A stretch of DNA of 63,923 bases, counting the filler, from an uncultured Gemmatimonadota bacterium (lineage in GTDB: Bacteria; GCA-2686955): NCBI GenBank assembly GCA_964490075.1. It is 3 parts of 3 records of this genome, joined end to end, with 100 filler letters (N's around TTAATTAATTAA, not from the genome) between each part and the next. Parts side by side here need not be neighbours in the genome. Positions count along the whole stretch, not along the records: positions 1 to 26,107 come from CAZBBK010000075.1; 2 more parts are not named here. One strand, given 5' to 3'. How positions within the stretch are numbered: the first letter of the stretch is position 1; each line of letters opens with the position of its first letter. Below, piece by piece: positions 9,531-21,517 of the stretch. Both the position numbers and the translations under genes were made by a program. A model generated the notes under the pieces. That model ran no database searches and was not told where the DNA came from. It saw only the letters and a program-made list of their open reading frames with translations.

Positions 9531-12500
9531 GATCCCCCTCCGACCACCGCCGCTTTGACCACCTGGCGCGCCGAGCCCACCGCCGAGCGGGCCTGCACCA
9601 GCAGCAGGTAGACCCCGCGGGGGACTCCATCCAGGTCCCATGCCCAATAATGATCGCCGGGGGCCAGCGCCTGAGGGTCGCGCAGTACGGTCTTCGATGC
9701 CAGCTCGCCGCGGGCGTCGACCACCCGAATCGTCAGCGCGGTCGCCCCCTCTCCGAGGCGGTAGTGCAGCCGCGCGTGGCCGCGCGCCGGGTTGGGGTAG
9801 ACGAAGGCCAGGTCGAGCAGCGCGGCGGGCGGGTCGCCCGGCTCCGGGTAGGGCCCCGGAAAGCTCCCGGCGCGCCCCGGACCGCCGCCGGCCTGTGCCC
9901 AGGTGGGGAGGGAGCGTCCCGGGAAATCCCAGGCCATGATCCGCCCCGGATCCTCGGCCACCACCAGCTCGAAATCGCCGTCGCCGTCGACGTCGGCGAC
10001 CGCCGGGGTGTACGAGACCGATCCCGCCTGCTGCAGCGGAAAGCCCTGGGGCGTATCGGCATCGGTCCCCGACGCACCCGGATCGAGGGCGCGGATGACG
10101 CCGGTCGGCAGGGCCGCGATCAGCTCTTCGACGCCGTCGCCGTCGAGATCGGCGGCCAGCACCCCGGCGGTCACGGCGACCACTGCCTCGCCGCCCTCGG
10201 CCAGGCGTGGGTCGTGCCAGTCGAGGACGCCGTCTCCGCTCAGATCCCAGCGCCGGAGCTCGGTGGGGTCGCTGGAGGTGGCCAGGATGTCCAGGCGTCC
10301 ATCGCCCCCCAGATCGGCCACCGCGACGCCGCCGGCGAGCCGGGCGCCCACCTCGACCGGCCAGCCGAAATACTCCCTCAGCTCCGAGTCGAAGAGGTGG
10401 GCACGGCCCTCGTCCTCGAGGACCAGCAGCTCGTCGCCGCCGTCGCCATCGAGGTCGGCGGCGGCCAGGGGGGATTGGACCGTCCCCGCGAGCGGCGCGG
10501 TGCCGACTGCGCTCAGCACCGCACCGTCCCAGCGGAAGACGCGCAGCGCGCCGGCGCTGACCAGGGCGATCCGCCCATCGCTCGCCAGCAGCGGCGGCGC
10601 CAGCACCGCCCCATTCAGCACAACCTCGGCCAGCAGCGCCCCGCCGGCATCGAGCAGCAGCAGATCGGTCTCCGACTCTCGCCCCTCGGGAAGCGCGAGC
10701 AGCACCACCTCCGGCGCGCCGTCCGCGTCCAGGTCGGCGCTGGCGGGCGCGTGGCGGAAACGCTCGCCCAGCACGGCGCCCCATGGGGCCGGCAGGGGCT
10801 CCGGGACCGGCAGCCGACCCGCCGCCGCGTCGGCCAGGCGGTAGGCGAGCGCCTCGCCGGCCCCGCTCGTGAGCAGCAGCTCGGGCACCTGGTCGCCGTC
10901 CAGGTCGATCGCCGCCACCCCGCCGGGACCGGAGCTCGGGCCGATCGCCAGCGGCGTCGCGTCCACACCCCCACCCCAGATCAGGTGCGCCGCCCCCCCG
11001 GCCCCCGCCACCACCACGTCGGCGGCGCCGTCGAGATCGAAATCGGCGGCCAGCACGTCGCCGGTCACTTCGTCACCGATCTCGACCGGCCACCCGCGCT
11101 GGGCGAGATCGATGGTCGCCACCAGCGACGCCCTGGACTGGTCGATGGCCACCACTTCGAGCGCCCAGCCGGTGCGGGCACCGGAGTTGGTGGAGCTGCC
11201 CGGCTGGCTGTCGGGACCGAAACGCGCCCCGGCGAGCCAGAAGTCGAGCGAGTCGCCCCACGATCCGGGGAACTGATCCAGGTTCTGAACTCCGCTCGCT
11301 TCTTCGAGATCGACCCCTTTGCGACCGGCGTCGTCGTTGACCAGGTTGACCTCGAGCGAGCCGCGCTCGTCGATGACTTGCTGGTCGAGATGCCAGATCA
11401 GCACCCCGGCGCTCGATCCGCCGCAGCGATCGCCCGACCCGGTGGGAAGGTAGTAGTCGAGCTCCGCACCCAGGTAGCTGTCGCCCGATCCGGGGTCGTA
11501 GTAGTCGAAGTGATCGTCGCCTTCGGGATCGGTGAAGTCGAAGCAGCCGTTGCCGTTTTCGTCGCCGAGGCGATACGCGGCCAGAAATGACTCGGTGGGG
11601 GTCGCGTCGATGCGCAGCACCGGTCCGGCGCCTTCGACGGCGGCGAGCGTGAGGGTATCGCCGGATCGGGCGGCGACGGCGTCGATCCAGCCCAAGCGCA
11701 GCTTGCTCCAGGCGCAGGGGTGGGGAGGCACGTAGCCGTTCGAGTTCCACGCCCCCAGCCCCATGACGCCCCAGGCGCCGATGCCCCAGCTGTCCTGGGG
11801 GGCGGGACCGGTGTCGAAGAGGTCGGGCAGAGCGAAGAAGTGCCCGGTCTCGAAGGCCATCACGCCGAGGGTCGCCAGGTTGCTGCGCGGATCGAGCTCG
11901 GGGGCGTCCTGGATCTCGCTCTCGGGCACGATCACCCCTTCGGTGAAGGCGACGCCGTCGGCCGTCTCGATGCCCTCGGGCAGATCCAGCTCCTCTTCGA
12001 GATCGACGCGGGAGATGTAGGAGGACCAGATGTCGTCGCTCGAGTCGAGCAGCAGGTCGGACTCCTGGCCGGCGCCGGCGTGGATCACCATCACACCGGT
12101 GTAGGGCGAGAAGTCGACCGCGGGGTCGGCCGCGAGGATGGCGTCGCGCAGCAGCTCCGCCACCCGCCGGCCCGACTGGTCGTCGGCGCCGTAGCGCGCC
12201 ATAGGATCGGGCAGCCGGAGCACCTGGCCGTGGAGCTCGGCGCCGAAGCCGGCGCGGCCCCCCGAGACCTGGGCCCAGTAGGCCTCGAGATGATCGAGCT
12301 GGCGGCGGAAGAAGGGGAGATCGTGCGGCAGGGAATCGGGCCAGGCCGGTTCAGCCAGGAAGGTCCCGTCGCCGGTCGTGGAGGGAGTGGCGTCGGGCTC
12401 GAACTCCACCAGTAGGACGATCAGCGCGACTTCTCCGGCGCTCCGCGGGCCTCGACTCCGAGACCCAACCGGGGCCGGCGCGGGCGACTCCGCTCTGGTC

Positions 12501-12621
12501 GCGAAGCGCATCGCCGCCGGGGGGGCGGAGGGGCGGGCGCGGGGAGCGCGGCGGGCGGCGGGCGCGGGGGAGCCGAGAGCCGCGAGCAGGGCGGCCGCGA
12601 GCAAGAGGCGGGGGATCGAGA

Positions 12622-12625
<4 letters not shown>
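9527..12625 (-). CDS. M6 (immune inhibitor A-like) metalloprotease domain + FG-GAP repeats + T9SS-like CTD
   Basis: IHAGAGQE, xETGHFFALPDL, W..MG.G.W, repeated DLDGDG motifs, YPNPA...GVYLL. Confidence 0.82.
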
Positions 12626-14004
<1,379 letters not shown>

Positions 14005-14183
14005 GGGGAGAAGGGCCTTTCCTGTGGAGCACGGGAGGGTCGATCATTCACTTGACCGAAGTCCATCCGCTTGGTAGAAGTGGGAGGTTGTTTCGTGAGT
14101 TACGGTCGGCTAAATCGGCGACTCCGGAGCGCATGACCCCTGCTCGGCACGCCGCGACACTTTAGACTTGGTGAGGTTGCTCA

Positions 14184-14636
14184 GTGAAGGTTGTCGACTT
14201 CCTCGCTGAAGAGTCCATCAATCTGGACCTTCAGGCTACGACAAAAGACGAGGTCCTCGAAGAGCTCGTTGGCTTGCTCGATCTCGACGAGAAAAACGCC
14301 GCCGTCGTGCTACGCATGCTGAAGAAGCGCGAGCATATGGGATCGACCGGGATGGGGCGTGGCGTGGCGATTCCGCACGGTCGCTCCCTGGTGATCAGCC
14401 GGCTCATGGTCGCCACCGGCCGCTCCACCGCGGGCATCGAGTTCAACGCGATGGACGGCAAGCCGGTCCACCTCTTCTTCTTGATCGTCGCGCCGCCGCA
14501 AGAGATCTCGAACATCTACCTGCCTACTCTCGGGCGAATCGCGCAGTTCCTCAAGGACCCGGAAAACCGCGACGCATTGATGAAGTCGGAGTCGCCGGCC
14601 GCTTTTCGCGAGCTGATGGCGCGGATCGAAGGTTGA
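14184..14636 (+). CDS. ptsN: PTS EIIA (Ntr/fructose-type) domain protein
   Basis: RE.MGSTGMG.GVAIPH motif with phosphorylatable His, F.AMDGKPV.LFF. Confidence 0.85.
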   Translation: MKVVDFLAEESINLDLQATTKDEVLEELVGLLDLDEKNAAVVLRMLKKREHMGSTGMGRGVAIPHGRSLVISRLMVATGRSTAGIEFNAMDGKPVHLFFLIVAPPQEISNIYLPTLGRIAQFLKDPENRDALMKSESPAAFRELMARIEG

Positions 14637-14679
14637 GGATTCACGACACGCGGTACCCATCCAGCCCTGAAGGGGCACC

Positions 14680-15024
14680 ATGCACAAGCGCCTGGAGCAG
14701 TTGATCACTCTCCACGACATCGATCTGATGATCGCGGAAATCGTCGAGGTCGGTGAGCAGGTCACCGATCTCGGTTTCAGCGCCCCCGATCTGAGCCAAC
14801 TCGAAGCCAACCGCGAACAGCTATTGGAGGAGATCGACGCCGCGATCCTGCGGCGCTACGAGATGCTCCGGGAGCGCTACGGGCGCCCGGTGGTGCCGGT
14901 GTCGCGCGGCATCTGCCACGGTTGCTTCACCGCACTGCCCACTGCCCGCGCGGCGGCCAACGTGACGAACCGGGCCCTGGTCAACTGCGAGAACTGCGGG
15001 CGCTTCCTCTACTGGCTCACCTGA
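14680..15024 (+). CDS. Short C4-type zinc-ribbon (DUF164-like) protein
   Basis: L..L..ID N-terminus, C-terminal CHGC...CENCGRFLY. Confidence 0.8.
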   Translation: MHKRLEQLITLHDIDLMIAEIVEVGEQVTDLGFSAPDLSQLEANREQLLEEIDAAILRRYEMLRERYGRPVVPVSRGICHGCFTALPTARAAANVTNRALVNCENCGRFLYWLT

Positions 15025-16300
15025 TCTTCTTCCCGCCGTGCACCGGAGTGGTGCCCGGGTAGTAGTGAGCCAGAATGCGCCGCCAGTCGGCCCCGCGCCG
15101 CGCCCGTTCGATGGCGCCGACCTGGCACATGCCGAGCCCGTGCCCCCAGCCCTGGCCGCGAACCACCAGGCTGTCGCTCAGCGTCACCTCGGTCAGCTTC
15201 GAGCTGCGCAGCAAGGAGTCCCCCCCCGGTCGCCGCAGGACCCAGCGCAACCTCTCCCCGCGGAGCTGGAAGCGGCGATCCCAGGCCTCGATGAAGGCGA
15301 GGCGAATGCGCCCGGAGTCGCTGCGGCGGACGATCTCGATGGCGATCGGCTCGGGATCGGAGGTCAGGTCCAGGTCGTGGTCGGGCCACTCGGCGGGCAG
15401 CCAGCGGCGCAGAGTCGCGACCAGCTCCGCGTAGGACCAGGACTCGGTCCATTCGTAGTACTTGGACCAGGAGCAGAAAGGGCCGCCGGCGGTGTCGCGG
15501 TCGTCCACCGGTTGCAGGTAGGGGATCGCGGCGGAACCGTCCCAGACCACGTCGACGGCATCGGTCGCGCCGGCGCAGGTGCTATGAAAGAGAGTGAGCG
15601 CCGGACGGCCGCCGTGGCCGAGGTAGATGCCGCGGGTCGACTCGATCGCCCGGTCGACCGCCTCGTGTCTCCCCGCCATGCCCCGGTAGACCTGGTCCAT
15701 CACGGTCGCCTGCAAGGGCCCTTGCCGGCCGCGCAGCTTGCGCAGGGCGTAGCTGCGCGACACGATCGCCTGGGCCTTGATCGCTTCGCTCTCGGCCGCG
15801 CCGACGAATCCCAGCTCGTGGGGAACGACGCCGCGCAGGTAGGTCTCGAGATCGACCCTGTTGACGACCCGCAGAGCCCCGTCCACAGCCGAGAGCTCCA
15901 GCTCGCCCGGATAGAGTCCGCCGGGCCCGATGGCGATGCCGGTCTCGCCCTGCGTTCGCAGCCGCAGCGGCGACGCAAGCTCGGCGATCCAGCTCGATCC
16001 CTCGGCCCCTGCGAGGAAGAGATGCACGAGGCCGGCGGCGTGCGCCGGCGCGGCCTCCAGGGTCGCCCCCGAGGGGAGCCGATGAAGCCCGCCCGCGACG
16101 GTCTCGACGATGAGGGGACCGGCGGCGGTGGAGAGCGACAGGCGGTCGGCGGCAAGGGGCAGCAGCACGCGCAGCACCGGAGACTCCGGGGGCGGTGCGG
16201 GCGGTCGGCGGGCGCAGCCGGCCAGCAACAAAGCCAGGGCGCAGCTCAGACCTAGCAAGCGCGCGGCGCATCGCGGCGCGGGGGGGTGCCTCACGATCAT
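15017..16300 (-). CDS. SpoIID/LytB-domain lipoprotein (lytic transglycosylase-like)
   Basis: Lipobox LAGC, YLRGVVPHE, KAQAIVSRSY, DQVY.G, GWGHGLGMCQ.GA, ILAHYYPG. Confidence 0.92.
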   Translation of the reverse strand: MIVRHPPAPRCAARLLGLSCALALLLAGCARRPPAPPPESPVLRVLLPLAADRLSLSTAAGPLIVETVAGGLHRLPSGATLEAAPAHAAGLVHLFLAGAEGSSWIAELASPLRLRTQGETGIAIGPGGLYPGELELSAVDGALRVVNRVDLETYLRGVVPHELGFVGAAESEAIKAQAIVSRSYALRKLRGRQGPLQATVMDQVYRGMAGRHEAVDRAIESTRGIYLGHGGRPALTLFHSTCAGATDAVDVVWDGSAAIPYLQPVDDRDTAGGPFCSWSKYYEWTESWSYAELVATLRRWLPAEWPDHDLDLTSDPEPIAIEIVRRSDSGRIRLAFIEAWDRRFQLRGERLRWVLRRPGGDSLLRSSKLTEVTLSDSLVVRGQGWGHGLGMCQVGAIERARRGADWRRILAHYYPGTTPVHGGKKIR

Positions 16301-18027
16301 CGCCGGCGCGCGATCGGCGCGCGCGCGATGCCGTCCGGCGTCTGGACCACGACGAAGTACATGCCTCCCGCGGTTCGGGCACCGCGGTCGTTGCGCCCGT
16401 CCCAGCGCAGCTCACACGACGAGACGCCTCTTCCGGCGGACATGTCGACGGGCTCCAGAGTCCGCACCGGAACGCCGGCAGCGTCGAAGATCCGCGCCTG
16501 GACGCGCGAGTCGAAGGGCAGGTCGATGGCGAGCTGGACGGCGTCGCGGGAAGGCTGAGGGAAGACCCGCAGCGCAAGCAGGTCGGGGGCCTCGGAATCG
16601 CTGCCTTCCGACATGGAGGAGAGCGCCTTGCACAGATCGGGGATGCCCCATCCGCGGGCGTTGTCTTGCTGGGGATCGGCGCCGATGCGCGACGCGCGGT
16701 CGGAGCTTTCCAGGAGCACCGCCCGGAGCTCGTGGGCCGACAGGGTCGGCCGCGCCTGGAGAACCAGGGCGGCGGCGCCGGCGATCAGCGGGGTGGCGGC
16801 CGAGGTCCCGCTGAAGGAGAGATAGTCCAGACCCTGCTCGTGGTTATAGCTGGCGGCCTGCAGGCCGACCCCCGGCGCCATCAGATCGGGCTTGATGCGA
16901 CCGTCCGAAGTGGGGCCGTGTGACGAGAACGAGGCGGTGGCACCACCGAGGTCGACGGCGCCGGCGCCGAGGATCGAATCGGCATCGGCCGGAGAGACCA
17001 GCGAACCCGGAGCCGGCCCCTCGTTCCCGGCGGCGGTGCAGAGCAGGATCCCCTGCCGCGCGGCGACGATCGCGGCCCGGGCGACCACCGTCGTTCGGCC
17101 GTCGAGATCGGTGGCGGGGTCGTAGTCTCCGATCCCGTCGTCGAAGCTCAGGTATCCGAGCGACGAGGAGATCAAGTCGGCGCCCAGGGAATCGGCCCAC
17201 TCCATGGCGGCCACCCAGTTGTCTTCCTCGACGCGGGTTTCCGAGAAGTTGTTCTCGGTCTTGGCCAGCAGCAGCTCGACGCCCGGGGCGGGCCCGATCC
17301 GGTCGCCGCTGACCGGGTCGATCCCGCCGATCAGAGAGAGCACGGCGGTCCCGTGCTGGAGCTGACGGTGGCGGGGGTCGCAGCCCGGGCTCCCTTCGCA
17401 GCTCTCGAGCGCGGTCTCCTCGAAGCCGGTGTCGTCATCGTCGTTGATGAAGTCCCGCTGGGCGACGATCGGCAGGTGAGCCAGCGCCGGATGGGTCGGG
17501 TCGAAGCCGGTGTCGAAGACCGCGACGCGGATGGCGGCGCCGTCGAGCCCGCGCTGCTCGGCCGCCGGAACGCCCAAGAGCTCCAGCGGCTCGGCGAAGT
17601 CGGTCGCGCCGGCCTCCTGGGCGCCGTAGAGGACGAGCGGCGGTGAGACCTCAGGCGCCCGCCAGCGGCCGACCGGGCACACCGATTCCACGAAAGGCAG
17701 GGCAGCGATGGCGCCGCGCTGCTCCGGATCGGCCCAGACGCTGACCGCGTTCAGCCAGCGGGAGCGGCGGTGGACGCTCGCGCCGCAGCGCTCGATGGCG
17801 GCGACCCGGCTCGCGTCCAGAGGCAGGTCGGCCTCGATCCGAGCCGGACCGAGCGGGCGAGCGCGCCGCAGCCGAGCCGCGCGGTGCTGATCGCATGCGC
17901 CCTCGCCCGGCAGCGCGTCGTCGCGAGGGGTGAAAAAGACCCAGCTGCGACCGCCCTGCGCCAGCGCGAGGGGCGCGGTCGAGAGGGCCGCGGCGAGCAG
18001 GAGCAGGAGGCGCGGGGGCTTGGTCAC
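16297..18027 (-). CDS. Secreted S8 (subtilisin) serine peptidase with FlgD-like CTD
   Basis: Triad motifs FDTG, HGT, SGTSAATP, plus AAGN. C-terminal WDGRN...GMYF. Confidence 0.92.
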   Translation of the reverse strand: MTKPPRLLLLLAAALSTAPLALAQGGRSWVFFTPRDDALPGEGACDQHRAARLRRARPLGPARIEADLPLDASRVAAIERCGASVHRRSRWLNAVSVWADPEQRGAIAALPFVESVCPVGRWRAPEVSPPLVLYGAQEAGATDFAEPLELLGVPAAEQRGLDGAAIRVAVFDTGFDPTHPALAHLPIVAQRDFINDDDDTGFEETALESCEGSPGCDPRHRQLQHGTAVLSLIGGIDPVSGDRIGPAPGVELLLAKTENNFSETRVEEDNWVAAMEWADSLGADLISSSLGYLSFDDGIGDYDPATDLDGRTTVVARAAIVAARQGILLCTAAGNEGPAPGSLVSPADADSILGAGAVDLGGATASFSSHGPTSDGRIKPDLMAPGVGLQAASYNHEQGLDYLSFSGTSAATPLIAGAAALVLQARPTLSAHELRAVLLESSDRASRIGADPQQDNARGWGIPDLCKALSSMSEGSDSEAPDLLALRVFPQPSRDAVQLAIDLPFDSRVQARIFDAAGVPVRTLEPVDMSAGRGVSSCELRWDGRNDRGARTAGGMYFVVVQTPDGIARAPIARRR

Positions 18028-18058
18028 GCAGGGCTCGGGGAGGGGCGCGAACCCGGGG

Positions 18059-19339
18059 TCAGGAGTAGGCCCCGCCGGGGGAGCGTCCGGCGCAGAACGA
18101 GGTCTTCTCGACCTTCAGCTCTCGAATCATGTAGCGCGCCGACTCGGCGAGGTCGCACTCGGGGTAGTCGACGAGGACCTTCTCGTAGGCGGCCAGCGCG
18201 CGCGCCGTGTCCTGGAGCTGCTCGGAGCAGACGAAGCCGATCATGAAACGCGCCTTGTAGGCGGCGACATCGTCGGGAAAACGGCGCAGGATCTCCTCGT
18301 AATCGTGAATCGACTGCTGCGGAGTCTTGCGCCCGGCCGCGGCCTGGAGCAGGTCGGGCACCGTGGCCGCCGCGTTGGCCTCTTCGTGCTCGGTCGGCGC
18401 CGGCCCCTCCTCGTCGCCCTCGCTCTCCTCGAGCTGGAATTCGAACTCGTCCGCGGCGGGATCCTCCGCGCCGTCGATGTTGGTGTCGTTGAACTCGACC
18501 GCGAAGCGTTCGTTCAGCTCCTCCAGCTTGGCGTCCATGGCGGCGCTCAGGAGCTCCCGCTTGAGCTCCCCTTTGATCAGGTCCTTGACCTCATCCAGGT
18601 CCTTGGTGCGGCCCGCGGTCTTCTCCTCGACCAGGAACAGGTGATAGCCCTTGCGCGACTTGACCGGATCGGAGATCGCGCCCTCGTCCATCGCGAAGAG
18701 CACCTGCTGAATCGCCTCGTCCTTGCCCACCGTGGGGATGTAGCCGTTCTCGATGATGTTGCCGAGCAGGCCGTCGCGCCGGGACGAGAGCTTGTCGCGA
18801 GACTTTTCCCGGGCCAGCTCCCGGAAGTCGGCCCCGCCATCGAGCTCCTTGCGCAGGGCCGCCGCGGCCTCTTCGGACTCGCTGAGGATGTGGCGGACCT
18901 TCACCCGCGCCTTCTCCACGTACTTCTCCTGATTCTCCAGGTAGTAGCCCTCGATCGCGGCGTCGTCGACCACCACGCGATCCTGGACCTCGCTGCGATA
19001 GAACTCTCGGATCAACAGGTTGCGCTCGTAGTCCTCGAGCTGGCTTCGGACCTCGGGCGAGTTCTGGTAGCCCTTTTCGCGGGCGGCAACGTAGAGCAGC
19101 TCGTTCTGCACCATGCGCTCGAGCATCCGGCGCTTGCCCTCCGGGCCGGAAAACTGGTTCTTGGCGAAGGGCGAGATCTTGTTCACCTCGGCCGCGAAAT
19201 CAGACTCGGTGATCTCCTGGCCGCGCATCGATACCAGTACCTTATCGGCCGATGCGGCGGGGGAATCGCCCGGGGTCCCGCAGGCGGCCAGCAGCGCCGG
19301 CCCGGCGAGTGCAATCACGCACAACTTGTTCATAGCCAT
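18059..19339 (-). CDS. PpiC-type peptidyl-prolyl isomerase lipoprotein (PrsA/SurA-like) with C-terminal TPR-like domain
   Basis: Lipobox LAAC, VRHIL, F.ELAREKS.D, ISDPVKS..GYH, then an acidic linker and helical repeats. Confidence 0.88.
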   Translation of the reverse strand: MAMNKLCVIALAGPALLAACGTPGDSPAASADKVLVSMRGQEITESDFAAEVNKISPFAKNQFSGPEGKRRMLERMVQNELLYVAAREKGYQNSPEVRSQLEDYERNLLIREFYRSEVQDRVVVDDAAIEGYYLENQEKYVEKARVKVRHILSESEEAAAALRKELDGGADFRELAREKSRDKLSSRRDGLLGNIIENGYIPTVGKDEAIQQVLFAMDEGAISDPVKSRKGYHLFLVEEKTAGRTKDLDEVKDLIKGELKRELLSAAMDAKLEELNERFAVEFNDTNIDGAEDPAADEFEFQLEESEGDEEGPAPTEHEEANAAATVPDLLQAAAGRKTPQQSIHDYEEILRRFPDDVAAYKARFMIGFVCSEQLQDTARALAAYEKVLVDYPECDLAESARYMIRELKVEKTSFCAGRSPGGAYS

Positions 19340-19433
19340 GGTTTTCTTCCGTCTCTGGATGCGGATCGTGAAGGCGCCGAAAGGCTGGATGATCGGGGGG
19401 GAGCGCGACGCTGTCAAGAAAGGGAGGGGCGGG

Positions 19434-19530
19434 CCTGAGGTTTCGATACAGCGCTTCTAAGGCGACCCACTCCGCGAAGAGGCGCGGGTGCAGCCAGAGT
19501 CCGCAGGCCCCCGAGGCCACCTGCGCTCCG
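19434..19530 (-). repeat. Partial inverted copy (right arm) of the MITE-like element
   Basis: GTTTCGATACAGCGCTTC..GCGACCCACTCCGCGAAGA..CGCGGG is a near reverse complement of 250-336. Confidence 0.6.
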
Positions 19531-19737
19531 GAGAGGGCCTCCGCGGGCCGCTTTCGCGGCCGAGGCGGAGGGATGGGCAAGGCGGTCCTCTCGGCCGCCT
19601 GACCTGCCTCAGGCGGGCATTTGGGTCTCTGCGCGGTCGATCTGGGAGCCTGGGTCGGCTCAGGCGGCGTTCCCGGCCGCTCTTGGGTCAATTCGCGCGC
19701 CTGAAGCTGCTCAGCCCGCGATCCGCGGCACGCCCCC

Positions 19738-20019
19738 TCAGTCCCCCTTCTTCTTCCCCTTCTTCTCGCTCTTTTCGCTCTTCTTCGGCTTCGGCTTGGC
19801 GGCGTCGGCTTCTTTCTTGGCCGCCTTCTTGTAGTCGTCGCTGCGGTAGTCGGTGATGTAGAAGCCGTCGCCCTTGAAGAGGATCGCGCCACCGGCGCTG
19901 ATCAGGCGCGTGACGGAGCCCTGGCATTCGGGGCAGGTGTCCAGGGCATCGGCGGTGATGCTCTGGAAGGCCTCGAACTCGTGGTCGCAGTCGTTGCAGC
20001 GGTATTCGTAGGTCGGCAT
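19738..20019 (-). CDS. FmdB-family zinc-ribbon protein
   Basis: MPTYEYRC..C...CP.C...FKG.GFY.TDY. Confidence 0.93.
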   Translation of the reverse strand: MPTYEYRCNDCDHEFEAFQSITADALDTCPECQGSVTRLISAGGAILFKGDGFYITDYRSDDYKKAAKKEADAAKPKPKKSEKSEKKGKKKGD

Positions 20020-20111
20020 GGTCTGGTATCGGTGGAAGGTGAACGCGCCATCGGGTTGCCGGATCGGCTATTGGCCGGGCGCGCGGTTTTCGCGCGGGGG
20101 ACGGAATCGCT

Positions 20112-20672
20112 CTATCCGCGCCCCATGAGTCTGGACATCCAGGAGCGCCCGTCGGTATCCGGAGGGCGACTCCGGTAGAAGCTCGCGTCGTTCTCCGCCT
20201 GGAGCAGCTTGCGCTCGACATCGTCGCGTCTGCGGCAGGCGGCTGACACGCGGCGCTGCAGATCCTCGAGACGGCCGCGGAAGATCCCGATGATGTAGAG
20301 CGCGCGATCGAGCTCGCCGCGCAGCCGGCGGTTCTCGCTCTTCAGCTCGACGATCTCGCTTTGCAGGTAGCGGAGCAAGGGGCCGTCGCCAACCGCGTGC
20401 GCCTTCTCGGGGGTCGCGGGCGTATCCGATGTGGCGGTGGTCTGCACCAGAGGCAGCCCCGCCTTCGCGACCTCCTGCTCCTCGATGAGGTAGAGCTGCC
20501 CGTGGGGGGTGGTGACCAGCTCGGCGTTCAACTTGCCGGCACGGATGTAACGGTAGATCGTCTTCTGGCTGCGGCCGGTGCGTCGCGCGACGTCCCGCAC
20601 GGTCAGACGCCCCGTCCCCTCGCCCTCGTCGCGCCGGCGACGGGTCGCAAGATCGGGCTGATCTAGCTGCAT
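20112..20672 (-). CDS. HTH (MerR/excisionase-like) + coiled-coil protein, TubY/RacA-like
   Basis: LTVRDVARRTGRSQKTIYRYIRAGKL HTH, heptad coiled coil, amphipathic C-terminus SWMSRLMGRG. Overlaps the parB stop. Confidence 0.75.
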   Translation of the reverse strand: MQLDQPDLATRRRRDEGEGTGRLTVRDVARRTGRSQKTIYRYIRAGKLNAELVTTPHGQLYLIEEQEVAKAGLPLVQTTATSDTPATPEKAHAVGDGPLLRYLQSEIVELKSENRRLRGELDRALYIIGIFRGRLEDLQRRVSAACRRRDDVERKLLQAENDASFYRSRPPDTDGRSWMSRLMGRG

Positions 20673-21517
20673 GTGCTCGCGGCCCCCAGTAGCTCGAGAA
20701 GGCGATGGAGATCGTCGTCGGAGAAGTAGTCGATCTCGATTCTGCCCTTTCCCTTGCGATGGTACAGACGAATGCGGGTCCCCAGGGCTCGCTGAAGCCG
20801 ATCCTCGATCTCCTGGAGATTCGGATCGCGAGGCCTGGTGGCCGGCTTCTTCGAGCGCGTCTTCTTGCCCAGGCCCTCCAGCTGGCGCACCGACCAGTCC
20901 ATGTTGGCGGCGCGTTCCGCCACCTCCTGGACATCGGTGCCGGGAGCCAGCGAAAGCAGTGCCTTGGCGTGGCCGGGGCTGATCCGCCCCTCGTGCACCA
21001 TGCCCTGGACCGCTTCCGGGAGGGTCAGCAAGCGCAGGGTATTCGCGATGCTGGCGCGGTTCTGGCCCAGATGCCGTGCCAGATCGGCCTGGGTGTAGTC
21101 GAAGCGTTCCATGAGCTGCCGATAGGCCCTGGCACGCTCGATGGCGGTCAGGTCGCGACGCTGGATGTTCTCGATCAGCGCCAGCTCGAGCGACTCGGTA
21201 TCGGAGATCTCTCGGATGATCACCGGGATCTCGGAGAGGCCCGCCTGCCGGGCCGCTCTCAGTCGGCGCTCCCCCGCCACGAGCTGAAAACCGGGGCCCT
21301 GCGGTCGCACCAGGACGGGCTGGATGACCCCCTTCTCGCGGATCGAATCCGCCAACTCATCGATGGCCTCCTGGTCGAACTCCACTCTTGGCTGGAAGGG
21401 ATTGGCCTCGATCCGATCGAGGGGCAGGTGCTGAAATTCCTCGCCGGCGGGCGCCTCGGGAGGCTGATCGGGAATGAGCGCGCTGAGTCCTCGACCGAGG
21501 GCTTTTCTAGCCGGCAT
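20663..21517 (-). CDS. parB: Chromosome partitioning protein ParB
   Basis: LGRGLSALI, NPFQPR, GERRLRA, ALIENIQR.DL, HTH. Confidence 0.97.
   Translation of the reverse strand: MPARKALGRGLSALIPDQPPEAPAGEEFQHLPLDRIEANPFQPRVEFDQEAIDELADSIREKGVIQPVLVRPQGPGFQLVAGERRLRAARQAGLSEIPVIIREISDTESLELALIENIQRRDLTAIERARAYRQLMERFDYTQADLARHLGQNRASIANTLRLLTLPEAVQGMVHEGRISPGHAKALLSLAPGTDVQEVAERAANMDWSVRQLEGLGKKTRSKKPATRPRDPNLQEIEDRLQRALGTRIRLYHRKGKGRIEIDYFSDDDLHRLLELLGAASTCS

Noticed and set aside
14140-14165. Possible sigma-54 promoter (CGGCAC) upstream of ptsN
   Set aside because: No correctly spaced -12 TGC element.
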